A stretch of DNA of 64,000 nt, taken from assembly GCA_051362555.1 (NCBI GenBank), contig CM120649.1:7378001-7442000 (forward strand), given 5' to 3'. Shown here piece after piece: positions 1 to 14,694 of the stretch. Numbering within the stretch: the first letter of the stretch is position 1; every line of letters starts with the position of its first letter. Made by a program: the position numbers and the translations under genes. The notes below the pieces were generated by a model that worked only from the letters and a program-made list of their open reading frames with translations, was not told the DNA's origin and searched no databases. Source of the stretch: Lingula anatina. Taxonomy: Eukaryota; Animalia; Brachiopoda.

Positions 1-1122
1 CATAAAAGTGCAAACATAGTTCATACAACCATATTCGTATATAATTATTGAAATTAGGCAATGACCAACTGGCTTTAATTTATGAAAACATTTTTTGTCT
101 TTCTTCAGCAAGTTTACCATTGGTTATTCTAGAAAAAACGAGGTGCATTGGAGACTAATTTTCTCTCATTGTTTTAAAATGGGAGTCTTTCGTGCGAACG
201 GCCTCTTAGAATCCTTAATAGTCCGTAATAGCCAACATTAATTTTAAAAACTCTGTTAACGCCCAACTTTATTCTCCTCAACTAATTATTGTAGACAGTT
301 GTTCGCTAGCATTAGGCAACGTTACTAATGCCATTCAGCTGCCTGTGAACAATATAAATAGCAATGAATAATTGTAGATTGTTAACTAATAAAACTGATT
401 TTCTGGAAATTGTTCAGTAATCACCGTGCACGATCAGATGTTTCTAAATTTTTTGTTTTTTCAATTGGTTTTATATTTTTTTGTAGCAACTGTTTATTAT
501 CATCATCATTATCATTGCTCATGTTGTTGTTAATGAGGCTAGGGAATTGAAAAATCTATTGCCCACAATAGTGTGTCCCTTACTTAAAGCATCAATATTC
601 TATAAATAAGCAAGACTGAGTACTCCAGTAACATTTTTTTTGTTTTTTTTTTTTTCAATTTTGCAAAACTAAAATAACTCTGATGGAACAGTACACATCG
701 CATAGAATCAAGCAATCCAAAACGTTAAATTCCTCCATTAACCGTGTGTCACCGCGGCAAGATTAAGAGCTCATTTAAGAAATACCGACCCGCCTTAATT
801 AAGGCACGTAACGGGTCAACAACATTTGTCTTTTTTTTATAAATTATAAAGACAAAGAACGAAACATCGGGCACCAAGCTAGGTTCCACTGAAAAAGCAG
901 CACCATCTCTGTCTGTCTGATGACTTAATAGCTAAAAAGCAATTAATGAAATGATTTCATGCTTTCGTAAAAAGATCTTGTAATTTCAGAGTCCTTAGTT
1001 TCATTCTCATATCAACCAGCATACAGATGGCTTCTGATCTAAGGGAAACAGGTCCGAGTACATGGTTGTGAAGGACGAAAGGAGTATCCTTCAATACTAT
1101 AAAACACGGTGTGATAACAATT

Positions 1123-1298
1123 ATCCAGCTCTGCGGGGACTCTCGCTGAATGCAATCAGATTAACAAATTAACACGCCTCTTTAGTTTCTAACGTACTCT
1201 TATAATCACCAGTCTCCCTGTATTCTATTCCACTACAGCAGGAAACGTTTAAATCTGTTAATCCGATTGCATTCAGCAAGAGTCCCTTCGGAGTTGGA
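1123..1298. repeat. Inverted repeat (~55-bp arms, ~70-bp spacer), probable MITE
   Basis: tccagctctgcggggactctcgctgaatgcaatcagattaac (from ~1123) pairs with gttaatccgattgcattcagcaagagtcccttcggagttgga (to ~1298); related arm-like sequences at ~50200-50255 and ~53515-53575. Confidence 0.7.
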
Positions 1299-2443
1299 TT
1301 GATCTTCATCAGGGGATAGGTTCATTGCAAATGAGCTCTTATGCGCTGAAAGCTGAGAGTCACCATCTACCCGTTGAAACTCGGGGTGACAGCAAGTGTG
1401 TGCTACATGTATGCAGGTGAAAGTCACAATCATTTCCCTGAAATTTGGCAGTTTGAAATTAAGGGTGCCAGCAGCCGTTTGCCGCGCAGTGGTTTGGGAC
1501 CATCTTTGTAACTTTAAAGTTTGAACTTCGTAATTCGGGGTAACCGCAGTCGTTTTCTGACTAGATATGACTCATAGACAGCACTTTGAAATTCTGGGAA
1601 ATAACAGCTTTGTGTCGAGTACCGGTAGTTACGAGTCATCTTGCTTACTTTGAAATTCAGGGACGACCAAGAACCAAACAAAACTTTGAAACTCAGGGTT
1701 TCAGTATTCAGTCATCGTATTCGTTACTTCCGCTAATAAAGATGTTGGCTTGAGGGCAAGATATATCAAAGAAAATTCCTTCAGTTTTGGTGAAATTTCC
1801 AGGATAGTTAATTATTACGGAGGGAAAAAAGGGATTACGATTTCAACAGAATCTGTCCATTTTTAATATACATTTTGCTTCAGCGGAGGTCTCTCCTCTC
1901 AGAGAGCTTTCGAGATATTTTCAGCACACAGCAATAGATATCCGTGACATTGGCGTATAATGACGACGTTCCAGATGAACCCTCCGTCCTCTTGAATGAT
2001 GAATCTGCACTATTTAGAAAACAAATAAGAGCCTGACTGCATCCATCACTCCCATGCCATACCGTAAACAAATAACCTGCCAGGTGGATATGTCAGAAGA
2101 TTTCAGGTGAAAACATGCACGTGTGAAATTATATACTTGGATGTTTACACAGGAGACTTCTGTGTTTACGCATAGTATTGTACTTCAACTTGGCGTAACC
2201 AAGTCTGTTTCTCCAAAATCAGTTGTTGACTAAGTTGAAAAAACGGCTTGGATTATTGAACAAAGTTTGTGTCATGCAGTTAGAGGACCGGCAAAAACAC
2301 ACCCCTGCTTAAAATGTGCTGAAATTAATGTTTCAAGTATTTTGATCTTAAAAGCAACGTTTTGTTCAGGTTCCCATACGCAATATGGCGGATTCATCGA
2401 GCACATCAAAAACGTACACCCTGTCCCCACCCCTTATAACTTG

Positions 2444-2658
2444 CACCCCATTTCCATAGATTAGATCGACCTATTTTAGATCGACCTAACTCCCTGGGGG
2501 TTCACGCGAAATAGCTGTCAGCCGGGCGGACACGAAAGTTAATTATCCCCTTACAGCTTGTAGTAGGCGGGACGGACATTTAAGTCGGATTATCTGAAAG
2601 TAATCTAGTGAGACTCCCCGCGAGGATAGATCGATCTAAAATCTATGGGAATAGAGCC
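2444..2658 (+). mobile_element. MITE family A, copy 1 (PIF/Harbinger Tourist-like)
   Basis: ~215 bp, imperfect TIRs with internal tagatcga repeats, flanked by 3-bp TTG duplication; homologous to 15966-16178 and, inverted, 58524-58749. Confidence 0.8.
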
Positions 2659-5600
2659 TTGAAGGGTGCTCCCTTCTTCCCCTTCTCTCTCCTAAGCAAA
2701 TCCTGCAACCACCAATATTATGTGAAATGGTATCTAAGGACAGTTGTAATTTATGTGATAAATATGGATACTCATTTAGTGGACATGCATATAATTCATT
2801 TCATCATGTACGAAGAAAAATGGACTATCAAAAATGAATGTGATAACCATCACGTTTCTATAAATAACAGTGAATTTATTTACAACAATTTATGTGGTCC
2901 GCCCTTATATTTTGATGTTTTTGGACATGGACATGTATTAGTACTACGTGGCAATACCGCAATATGATAACGCTACACAAAATGGCAATGAGAAAACGAT
3001 GATGTTTATAAGATGTTATACTGGTACTTACAAATGTAATCCATTCGTGTACTGACTAAAATAACACAGGGAATGACAAAACTGTAAGGAAACTGCTGCG
3101 ACAATTACGAAGAAATAGGTGCTCTTTTTCCGAGTGACTTAGAAGAAGGGTGCGCTTTTAGAGACTGCAACACACGTGCAAATACACACACTCGCACTCG
3201 CGCGCACATGCAATCCTGCACGTCCTTGCATCATCTTCATTAGTGCCCGTATAGCAAGTGAGCAAGACAGTGCTGTACAAAACGCAATAACACATTAATT
3301 ACTCTCATCACTAACTGTGGTAGAACAGAGCCTCTCTATACCAGGACTCATATACTGAAGACATCTTCACAATAGAAGAAAAACTACCCACATTTCAGCT
3401 AGACAACACATTCGTCTTTCTTGTCCTTGGCGAGGTCGTGCATAAATTAAGAGATGTCAGCCTTTCTGTCAGTCTCATTTCCGGACAGTAAATCTGTGAT
3501 TTAAACATTCCAAGTTGCAGTTAAGCCAAGCTGTGTAATGTGCTCCGATAAAAAAATAATAGCTGCTACAAACAACAGCTGAGATTCGTAATCATAACTT
3601 CATTGTTTCAGTGTATTACAATTAAGACACATTCATTAAGAGATAAGGCTCTGGGTGTACTTCACGTAATAGCTACGGCCTCGGGGAGACATATTGTTAC
3701 TACCCTCTGATATATCAGGGGCTCCTAAAATACTGTACAAAATCTCACTCCAATTCAATATGTCAGACTACTAACAGACTACTAGCGCACCCTGCAGTCA
3801 GGTTATATGCTGTCGCCACCTCTCCCTCCCTCTATATTAAAAACATTCCTCAGATAGAAGAAAATCATGACATATAATACATTTTCACGTTGACCACTGA
3901 ATACAAAGGCGCGTGGCGTATTCTTTCCCTTCCCGAAATGTAAAGTGGAGAAATAGACTTATATGAGGCACATCAAATACAGAGTACCGCAAATTTCACG
4001 AAATTACACTCTCTGTTCCAGAACAACCGAGAAAGACAAAAATGAATCGCCCTCCTTTCTTGGTATCCACGAGTGAAATGTAATATCTAACCGAAGATAA
4101 CCTTAACAATCGCAGTGAGAATTGGCTCTTGATAGAATCTACAGTGTTTATTCGACTTGCGTACAGATTTATAATACTGAATGACGAAAACTAACTGCTC
4201 AAAGAAGTAAATTCACATAGTCAAAATTGTACATTAATTCTCGTCAAAATATTGCGAAAAAGCCCATCAATTAATTTGTAATATTGAGGGAAGAAAAAAG
4301 AAAATTTCACATAGACAAAATCGTCTTCTTCTCGTCAAGATGTTGAAAAAAATCCCGTCAAGTAACTTTGAGTGCCCCTCTTTAAGGGACATTTATCACT
4401 TAGGAGCATATATAGGTGCAATTTTTAAGGTAAAAATTGTCTTGTAAAAGGTTATTTTTAAGTGCTCTACCTATCTAAAAAGAAACAATCATATCTTTAA
4501 CTTATCTAGCCAATAAATCTAGTTTGAATTTCCTCAACCCTTACCCTTTGATTTGCAATTTTAACACATGTAAGGGTTAATGATCTTAATGCGAATAGGA
4601 TGTGAAAAGGATGTGTAAAGTATATGAAAAGACATAATATTTGAATATCAAAAGACCTAATAAACCGAACTAACTTTTTTCCTTGCAACGGGGTCCAAAT
4701 GTTTCAAGAACGTGTTGATTTTAATTCAAAGTGATACGGAAACGAGCTCGCCAAAAGACCATAGCGCCGGGGAACTCGATGGGTCGCTGAAGTCGTCTGC
4801 TTTTTTCATCACGATCGTTTGGTCTGTAGGTTATTTGGTGAGATGTTTGGTTGGAACATGTGCTCGGATGTATTTTTTACTACATAAAAGGACGATTTCA
4901 TCCCACGCTGATGAAATTGTGGTCACATTCTTGTGAGGACGTAATATGACTGAGTGGGCCTATTTTTAGGTGTTGGTGTACTTTTTTAAGCTACGTGTAA
5001 AATGGAACGAACCTAAATGAAAGCAAATGTGATGTCGGATTGCAAGTTGCAAGAATCCAAAAATGTATGTGCTCGGAGAAACGTACTCAGAAATAAAAAA
5101 TGAAATAGAGTACGGGTGGTATGAGCCCCAGCGTTTCGCATAAATCCCATAGACTTTCTCGGGGAACTGAACTAATTGTCACCGTTGTCTTTCCTTGTCT
5201 TGTCTTATCAGGGGATTTTGACAAAGCGCCAGAGCGTATACTATCTGGACGTTAATGCCCAGAAAGGTTATTATTATTATTATTATTATTTCTTCTTCAC
5301 GATCTTTTTCACAGTTCAAAACAACGTATTCAAAACAAGTCCACAGCCAATTTTCAGGGCTTCTTTAACCCCATTTGATATCCATCGTGGTTTCTCTTAA
5401 GACCATTCAAGCGTGATCTTGAATTCCGATATTTTTGTACACCAAATACAGTGTCGCTGTTTTTCACACAAACATGTTCATGTATGTCTTAAATGCCAGT
5501 CAGTCACACAATCCGATTTATTTCGATTTCTAGTATCTGTTTCCGCCCCCAAGCAATTCTTTCAAGCTAACATATTCTGTCTTGGCTCTATCCCATATTT

Positions 5601-7940
5601 TAAAAGCAAGGCGTGCGGCGTGGGAGGTAATAACACAATTTCTTGTCAATTTGACCAAAAATTCTGGCACGGTTAATTTGCCTCACACAAAAGTAAGACT
5701 CATTTTAACATACACATTGTACGCCGCAAGCGATTTTATTATATTTTTTCATTTTTTCTTTCTCACCACCGCTTTATGAGTAGCACCCTAATTCGGTCAT
5801 AATCAATGTGTAACCCTCATCATAGTGATACATAGCACCCTTGAATAGCACAAGGAAGCTGGGGCACTTTCTCTTGTCACGTCCACTAATATCATCATAT
5901 TTAAAAATCCTCCAACTGTCTTGTAGACAGAAATACTTGACATTTAACTGTGAAAGAACACTGCTACAAACGACCAATGAAAATAGAACAAAGAAGACCG
6001 TGTATTTTTTCTTTCAAGCAAGACGCATTGCTGTGAGTGGTTGCACTTAAGTTAGCAATATCAGCGTATTTAGGTGGTAAGGGGAATGCATTTTGCCTCA
6101 GTAAATTTAAACTAAATCTGCTGTGAGAGAAAAAAAAAACGCAAAAGACTTGATCGTGAGAAAGATAGGGTTGGGGGAGTGGTTGCCATACCGGGAGAGT
6201 CACCTTGATGGTGTAAAAATTGCGTGTTGTGCTTTGTGTGTGACATTGGTTCTTGCAAAGTACTTCTATATGAAGATATCTGTCTGGTTGAGATTCGTTC
6301 TGTCACGTTCATTCCGTTATTTTATTCAATCTGTCGCGTCAATACAGATATTGTTTGAGCATTAAATTCAGAATTTTTTACACATATTATATATGTATAC
6401 AGATTGCACTTGCAAATGGAGTCTGTTCAATCCAACGTTTTATAAATAGGGTGGTAACCTACAGAAAAGATTAGTGATGCACGGTGGGGGGGGGGGGGGG
6501 GGGGGGGGGGAGGTCATCTTAGCCAACCCCCCCCCCCCCCGCGCTACTTCCTGCGCTTATGATCATAATTGACGTGGTTGAAAAAGTAGGAAAAAATGAA
6601 GGTGCGGTACTGAACCTTCCTCCATCTTTTTAGAGTAAAGAAAGTTTTGAAAATATAACAAATATTGATGAAAGTTAATGTGTTGTGGTATAATCAATTA
6701 CAAGACATGTCACCAAAGTTCATCTGACATCACTCGCTTCACCTTCGTAGATATTTTCTACCATGGCCCATGAGAGCCCACCAGCGTAATTTTACGCGAG
6801 GATGCAATGCGAAATTGGCACAGTGCTAGTACATGTATATGCTTGACCCTAAGTAGCGCTGATCAAGTATGGATAAAACATGGGAGTGTAACAGGGCAAG
6901 AAAAACCTCAATCAACGACCCAGATAGTAAGCAGCCAGCAGGTCAACGTTGGGGTTGACGTTTTTCTCTAGGATGAATTCCCTCACAACCCAAAACTGGA
7001 ACTCCTTATGGCATGTCATCTTTCTGGGACCACAGTCAACATTGAGCCAACGTCAATAATAACTGTTTTGGTCTTCATTCATTGATAGGCCAACAATAAA
7101 ATATTTTTGGCAATGTTGGCCTACTGTTATTATGAACTCCGTAGATGGGAAGTATAACTGTTAGATCAATGAATTCTGCTTGTGCAATTCTGCCTAATGT
7201 ATAAAAGATTGTCAGTAAAATGTAACAGGAGACAAGTAAGATTGTTTGAAATAACGGTAGAAAATGATGTTGGACCGATATTAGGCCACTACAGACAAGT
7301 TAGATGTGGTACCCAGACGTTGGGTCGACCTTGGTCTCGACACGGCAAACAGTTGCTGGTGTCGGCGCAACCACTGTATTCTGGAGAATCCATAATTTTA
7401 GAAATTAGATTTCATATTTTGTAGTTGAAGTAAGTTGAAATATATACAGAAACGCTGGATATAATATTTATTCTGCATGTGAAACGCAGCGATAAACCCT
7501 CGAAGGCTCCTTTGGGTCATATTAATACTTACGCCCAAAAACACCTTATCTCTTGCGGTGGTTTTGTTATATATCCCGTGTTTATTAAAAGATAGACGTC
7601 TACGTTACCGATGCATACATGACGTAGATCTAGACTACGTTATCAAATTGCGTGTAGATCATTTTTTCATTGCTTGTTGTCTGCTGACTCAACTCTATGG
7701 GCGACGACGTACATGCACACTCACGTGTTTTTACGTGGCATATTTGTTACGTTGTCATGCAGACTTGCATTTCTTTCGATACATACGTTACCTATATTTT
7801 AAATATCTTTTAGCTTTTTACAACATCTGATGAGCCAACGTCTAATTTTTACTGTATTACGTTACAATAAAAGAAAACGAGACAAAAAAGAATAGTCATC
7901 TGCAAACGGCATATGGTACATACGTTACCAAACAAGACTA

Positions 7941-7941
<1 letters not shown>

Positions 7942-7997
<56 letters not shown>

Positions 7998-8031
7998 GTT
8001 GTTGTTGTTGTTGTTGTTGTTCTTGTTGTTA
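7942..8031. repeat. Compound (TAT)n(TGT)n microsatellite
   Basis: Direct reading of the sequence. Confidence 0.95.
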
Positions 8032-8174
8032 TTTTAAGACATCGAATTATATCTGCTAAACGGCCCTTAAAGATCATTCATGTATATATACAAAATATTC
8101 TTTACATCTAACTTATAAGGTAAAATTCTGATTAAAACAGGGATTTTCAATATTTCTGATGTAACTAAATTACT

Positions 8175-8640
8175 TTAAATGGCCTATATTATCCATTTTT
8201 CTCTAGGGTTATATATAATAATAATTTATTGAGCACAAAGAAATGGTTTACATTTACAGGCTCTCTAACTAATACAAATATTAAAAGGAATAATTTAAGT
8301 AATAAACTATGCTCATCCACGCAGGGATACACGCTTTTGAATTGCACTGTTAACAAATTTACATATGGCAATCACACTCTGCGCAGAGAGTGGATTGAGC
8401 AAAATAGATAGTTTATTGTCTATATATAATTATGAATTGAATGAATACCTAAAATGTAAGACAATTTTTGCTACCTTGGCTGTCGCCTGGTGATTGGCTG
8501 TGCTTTAAATGGCCCAAATTATCCATTTTTCTCTTGTGTAATATACATGTATAACTATGAATTGAATGAATGCCTAAAATGTAAGTTATAGGACAATTTT
8601 TGCTCCCTTGGCTGTCGCCTGGTGAATGGCTAGGTGCTTG
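8175..8640. repeat. Local short duplications
   Basis: ctttaaatggcc...attatccatttttctct at ~8173 and ~8503; atgaattgaatgaat.cctaaaatgtaag...ttggctgtcgcctggtga at ~8432 and ~8557. Confidence 0.75.
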
Positions 8641-9759
8641 ACTTGTATTGTCATTTCGTGTCAAGATGGGATATTTCAGCAATGGTACATGTTTTACTCA
8701 TACTCCTTAAAAAAAGACGGAACATATCTCTGAGATATTGATACTTGCTAACTACGAAGTCGCAGGACTTGAAACAACAAAAAACACTTTGAGGTCTCTT
8801 TCAGTCAAATTTCGTGACGAATCTTATATCTATATGGTATAAGACATATCCTTCCTAATATCTTTTAGCGGTTTACATTTAAAGACATAAGGCATTAACC
8901 TTTTGAAATAACGGCATTATGAAACAACGACTGCGATAATTCCTAGAATGCCATCATGTTGTTCATGATTTCTTTGAAAGATAACTTGTAAAGTACAACT
9001 CTGGGGCGCCGAAAGGGGTGTTAATAACTCTTATATGATCTAAATTCAATTGTTTATTAAATAAATTTCGAATTTAGGTCTATTTCCAGAGGTATTTGTC
9101 TACTTATGACGACTATAATGTCACAGGTTTATAGCGAGAGACTTTAAAAGTCAATATCCTATTAAAAGCTGGGACGATGTTTTGTAATGGAAGAGATGTT
9201 GTCTTTTCTTTGTAAAAATAATTCATATTGTGGTTTTGACTTTGTGGTTGAAGCTATTTTGTCATCAGCACCACAGTGAATGATTCAATGACTGACGACA
9301 TTCCTCCACACCTGTCACTTGCGTGTACCTACTATATACAATCCTAATTGAACGCCATGTTCTGTAACACCGCAAAAATTAACCGCAGTCCTCCTGTCTT
9401 ACTCGCGTCGTTTTAGGGGTCGGTTTAAAAATATTGGTGAAAAAGCTTAGATCATTTCGTTCAAAATCCCTTTTGGGAATCAATTTTTTTAACAATTCGA
9501 GCGTAAATCTTTACCTGCTGAGCTCCTGAGGTGCTTTATTCACCCCTCTTAAGATAAAAATCATCGGCAATACTGGGTACTGCAAGGGCATGGTTTGGAA
9601 TCACATATGAAAAAGAATGGGTGTATTTTTGAGTAATACATTTTTATACACTTATCCTGTTATACCGGGATACATGTTTGTCGTGATCACATACATGTAA
9701 TTTCAAGTGGAGAAGATATATTACCGGGAATAAGAGGGGGCGTACGTGGATGGGGGCTG

Positions 9760-9845
9760 GGAGGGAAGAGTGAGAGAGAGAGGGGGAAAATGACAGAGCG
9801 AGAAAGAGTGAGGAAGGATGGAAGGAAGGAAGGAAGGAAGAGAAG

Positions 9846-9887
<42 letters not shown>

Positions 9888-9935
9888 GGAGTAGAGAGGA
9901 GGATGAGTAAGATGAGAAAAGGAAGAAGACGAGAA
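9760..9935. repeat. Polypurine (GA)n/(GGAA)n tract
   Basis: Direct reading of the sequence. Confidence 0.9.
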
Positions 9936-11924
9936 CAAAAAGTACACCATCTAGTACACCTTCTTTCAGCCCAAGTCGCACCACACTAGCTGGAGACCGC
10001 AAGCCATCCATTAATTATAAGTTTCACCTGCACAGCGGTCGTTATTCACAGTCACCCCTGCGCGTGCCCATTAATGCCATCACGTGATTAAGTGGGGATT
10101 GTCATCGTCTGCTTTGACCCCTACCAAACATTCTTTCGGCCACCCCGATGTTCTGAGACACGTTTTATACTACAGTTCTCTTTGATACATATGACAGTGA
10201 TACCCATATACATAGGACACTATAAACTTCACACTCTGTCCCAGCACAATACTTGTAATTTAAAACTTGAAGATGAGGCGTCAAAGCAAATGGAAAAGTA
10301 GACGCACCGGAGATCAGTGGTACATTGCACCCCTTATCATTTCCTATTTGAGCATGTTTACACGCATTAAATCGATCAATACGTCTTTTTAGAAAGGACC
10401 ACCCACGTTAAAATAAAACCACATGATGAACTGGGGGGGGGGGGGGGGGGGGGGAGGTCGCACCAACCGTAAAGTGAAACCACTGCGGGTTAATCAGCGA
10501 ACACGCAACATTACGAAAATCACTACTGAAGTATTGTGCGTCTCCGTGAGAATGAAAATTGTTATAACAGAAGCATAATCGAATGTTTCTTATGTGGATG
10601 CAAGTAGAAAATATATTATCTTTCTCGACTTCAAGGGACTTTGCCTCTTTGTCCACGCGAACCTATCTACAGAATTAAGGAGGAACTTTGCTGGATTCGA
10701 CACACGTAAAAGCACCCCTGTGTCTCGTTTATATCTAAACCGCCTTCCCATCTTTGCAGCAAAATTTATGTCATTAAAAACAGCGTGTACGTTCACCATC
10801 GTACATACGGTGAAAACAGATCAAGGCGATTTGTCATCACTCCCCTTCCCCGAACAAGCGCGCGTACATACACGCATTCACACTCAAGAAAACGCATGCA
10901 CAAATACTCAATTCCTGGCCGTAGAATCTTGATCATGTATACGTTCCTCCATTAAGAATGAAAGATATAGTTTTAGCATTTCGATATCGTTGTCACCATC
11001 CATGTTTAACCTTGTTGAATATTAACTGACCTAGACAGTGAGGTTTATAAACTATTAAGAAGAGGATTTTCTCCACTCTTTTATTTATTTATGAGTTTAT
11101 TTATAAAACTGGTATAAAACTGGTAATATTATAACAAGTTAAAAAAGCACGTCACGGAGATTAAATTGCAGTAGGTGCACTGCATGGAGTTCAACCTATC
11201 CAAATGCAGTAGTTGAGACAATGCATTTCATTTTGAAATGGTCCTTGTGATTAATGAAAGATTAAATATATACTATCTATCTATCTATCTATCTATCTAT
11301 ATAGTGGTTGCGAGTCTTTTCACATGAATTGAAGGATTTTAAACAATAGGGGCCTACTAGTTATTTTCCTTAAAAAGGGGGAGTCTACAACATGAACGTT
11401 ATTAAGCAAATGCCTTAAATGGGAATCCATCTTACTGAAAATCTATTGTAAGTTGAAAACTATGAATGTTAGTTTAACAAAAGTAAAGCTGTTTCAGTTT
11501 AGAAATTGCATAAAGTGCACATGATTCTTGCTATTTTACGAAGAATGTAGAACATTCAAGTAGGAATGTGTTGACCACACTTCCAAATATCACATATCTA
11601 TTTTCAAGTGGTTGCAATTGAACACAAGTGGTCCGCTGAAAGTATAATGATGGTTAACTTGCAATAAAATCAATATTTGATATATTAAAATTTGTATACA
11701 TGCCCTTATAGATTCGCTTAAAATTCCATATTCTACAAATGTGCCACTGCTTGTAGGTAAAAATGAACTATTCAGCCTTTTTCTTCTGCAAAAATTACCC
11801 TCACCCTATACATTTCCTACACAATGAGCTATATATCTTCATTACATGCGGTTTTTACCTATGTGAATAATTTAAATCTCTTGTGGGCGCTATTAATTTT
11901 ATACAGTGTGTGCGTATTAATAAA

Positions 11925-11992
11925 GTCTGCATCATAAGTTTTAGACATATTTGATTCTCTGTGTTGGCGGATTGACCCGTGTTGTTACGTGG
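11925..11992 (+). other. Probable non-coding 5' UTR exon of sulfotransferase copy A
   Basis: Block nearly identical to ~20053-20120 amid diverged flanks, ending at a G|GTAAGT donor (11993); a matching acceptor lies just before the ATG. The 5' boundary is approximate. Confidence 0.5.
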
Positions 11993-12719
11993 GTAAGTAA
12001 GCAATTATTAACGCTCCTCGTCTACCTGGCGGGGGCATCACTCTGAACAAGGCTGCAGTGACAGCTAAAGCTTACTTTTTATGAAGCACATGTTTAGAGA
12101 AATTAATGAGATTATAAGACGGCTAAAAATGTAGAAGAAAGTTTAAAATTATGCCTGCGATGAGTGCATGTACGCTGTTTCTAAAAATGTCTAACATACA
12201 CTAAAAAATGTGTGTTTTATGTTAAAGTTTTTTTTAACTCTACGCGTGTTGGTATCTTGGTTTCTTTCTTCCACACAGTAATGTTGGTATCGTGTCTTCT
12301 TTCTTCCATACAGTAATGTTCATCTGCCATTATCTAGATCAAATACGGGCCCAAGGCAGCTCCAAAGTAAAGTGGTCACATGTTCAGTGTGTTGGTAGTA
12401 GTGAAGAAGTTGCAGCTATATATAAATGAAAATGCAGTAGTATCGAGGTAGCATTATAGCATTATATATAGTGGCGCAGTGGGACATGTTTGTTGTAAAG
12501 ATGCAATATTTATAACACACATATGGCTGTACAGAGAGTACATGTAGCATTTATGCAGTAGATTAGCAGCATGATAGGAACATGTTTCGAATATGCTAAT
12601 TAGCTTCCATATCTACCCAGTTAATTAAGGTAGAGAAAAAGCATTAATTGTGCTTCTGCTGCACTGCGCTGGCGCACATTGGAAGCATCACCAATATTAC
12701 AATGATAAAGTGTAATACT

Positions 12720-12910
12720 TCAACTGTACACCACAGAGGCAGTTTTGACGTATTTCAGAAAAATAGGAATGCACAAGCACTGCTCCACAGAGGCAGTTCT
12801 GAGGTATATCAGAAAACTGGAATACTTCAACAGTACAACATAGAGGCAGTATTGAGGTATGTCAGAAAAAATAGATGGTCGCTCACTGCTCCACAGAGGT
12901 AGTTTTGGGG
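12720..12910. repeat. ~57-bp degenerate minisatellite, about 4 units
   Basis: ccacagaggcagtt.tga.gtat.tcagaaaa recurs; about 2 units in the paralogous region near 20800-20900. Confidence 0.7.
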
Positions 12911-13035
12911 TACAGGGGGTATATCATAAAAAGGAATGCTCCCTAAATATTTGCTATAAAGGTGGAGTTTTTGCTTTGATATAAAATAGTCTGTCGGAAT
13001 AGAGATCTGTTCTCCACTAAACTGTAACTGTAGAC

Positions 13036-13760
13036 ATGCCAGATCTATTGACATTAGTACTAGGAGCCAGGTTGCATTGAATTCAGCGGGCAACAGCAAA
13101 ACCGACATTGCCAGACAGCTTGGTATTTCACGTGAAAGTGTTCTTAGAGTACTCCAGAGCAGAGCTACAACCGGCAGTGTTTACGTTGATTCAGCTGTCA
13201 TACCCACAGTTCGAACCCATGCCACTAACGCCAGTTCCGATCACACTGTTATAAACATTTCCAGAAAGATCCGCCATTGCCATTGATACAGAATTGCAGT
13301 TCCATCATTTGCTTCTTTTCTCCCGGTTTGGTTTATGACTTGGCATCTCGATTTTATATACATGTATATATTTTTTATAAATATGAAACCACTATCTTGT
13401 AGAAGCGGTTAATATATATATTACTGGGAATTGGGAAATATAACAAGCTTTGCATAAAATGTGTGACCTTTCCAAACATGTGCAGAACCTTGAAAAAGTC
13501 TAATTTAAACCGCGTGGACAGGATGCACGATACAATACACGTAACAAACTTAACAGTAGCGCACTGTAACCGTGTGGTGTTTGCATATAATTCCAGGTTC
13601 TTTCTCTGTCCATGTGATGGCCGCCTGTCTGTGTTACAAAAAATGTGCAAGACATCGAATTCGCCTGATGGTGTCAGTTAACTGGTTCATTTTGAATTAA
13701 ACGTCAATTCCGCCGTAGTCAGTTCGGGAGGCTTGAATGCGGTAACGGTATAGAGTCAGC
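13036..13760 (+). mobile_element. Decayed Tc1/mariner transposase fragment
   Basis: AGNSKTDIARQLGISRESVLRVLQSRATTGSV resembles a Tc1 N-terminal HTH; NRVVFAYNSRFFLCPCDGRLSV resembles the Tc1 W..V.FSDESRF.L...DGR..V motif; frames broken; partial paralogue at ~22195-22445. Confidence 0.65.
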
Positions 13761-14694
13761 CAAGATAATTTATTAAGAACCAGAGTTTACTCTGTAAGTT
13801 GACGTGGCAGAAACGAGAAATGAATGTCTAATTAATACTTTACAAATAAATAAAATGAACCTAATGTAGAACTGAACTAACATAGAAAAATTTACGCGAA
13901 CAACATTCATGAACTAAAGATATTTGTTTCTATGATTAAACTAAACTTCTAAACAAGATGAAAAGAAATGACAAGCACTGAAAATATCAAACAAAATAAC
14001 TTTAAAAAATACAATACAAAAACAAATACAAAATCTTGACAAAAAGAAGATGAAAAGCAAACCAATCAATTCTATCTCACCTGTAAGTTGACGTGGCAGA
14101 AACGAGACACGAATGTGCCGCGTAAGAAAGAGGGGCGTGTTATATAAAGAAACGGAGACGCACGAACACAAACGAAAAGGCACGAACACACTACTCTACA
14201 CTAACACAACCACAATCATACATACGCAACCTCATATATATATCTACTGTGTATACACCAAATATACAATGGAATTGCCAGTATTGTAGAGCATTCTACG
14301 CTATTTTACGCGGTTTTTGTTTCACAGAACGGCGGCTACACATGAAAATCAAAACGACAGTCTCTGCAATATAATCCATATCTTTAAATGACATATACCG
14401 GAAAATTCATTCCGTCCTATCAACGATCAGTTTCATCTACCTCTATCCACCTCATTCACCTCTTTGGGTTGAACTCCCAAGATAAAATTACGTTGAGTTA
14501 ACTAATAATATTATCAACATCCTTTCGTATCCCTCTTCACTACTTGGCGATATTCCTGATGCAAAAGTGACTAATTGATACAAATTAACGAGGGTAGTGA
14601 ACTTTGTTTGAATGTCAGATTGTATTACTATCCAGTTCTCTTATCTTTTTAAAGCGATAATGTTCTATATTTTACATGTCTAGCAAGCAACACC

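Noticed and set aside
1880-2100. 63-aa minus-strand ORF as a possible terminal exon
   Set aside because: No recognisable motif and no partner exons could be linked to it.
5115-5170. Minus-strand ccccgagaaagtc...gcgaaacgctgggg resembling a Penelope-type minimal hammerhead ribozyme
   Set aside because: The CUGANGA core is not intact and stem II is not convincing; an Infernal search would be needed.
7826-7850. CTGATGA motifs here and near 917, 4908, 17694 and 61067 as hammerhead cores or snoRNA boxes
   Set aside because: No correctly placed GAAA with supporting helices could be found by eye.
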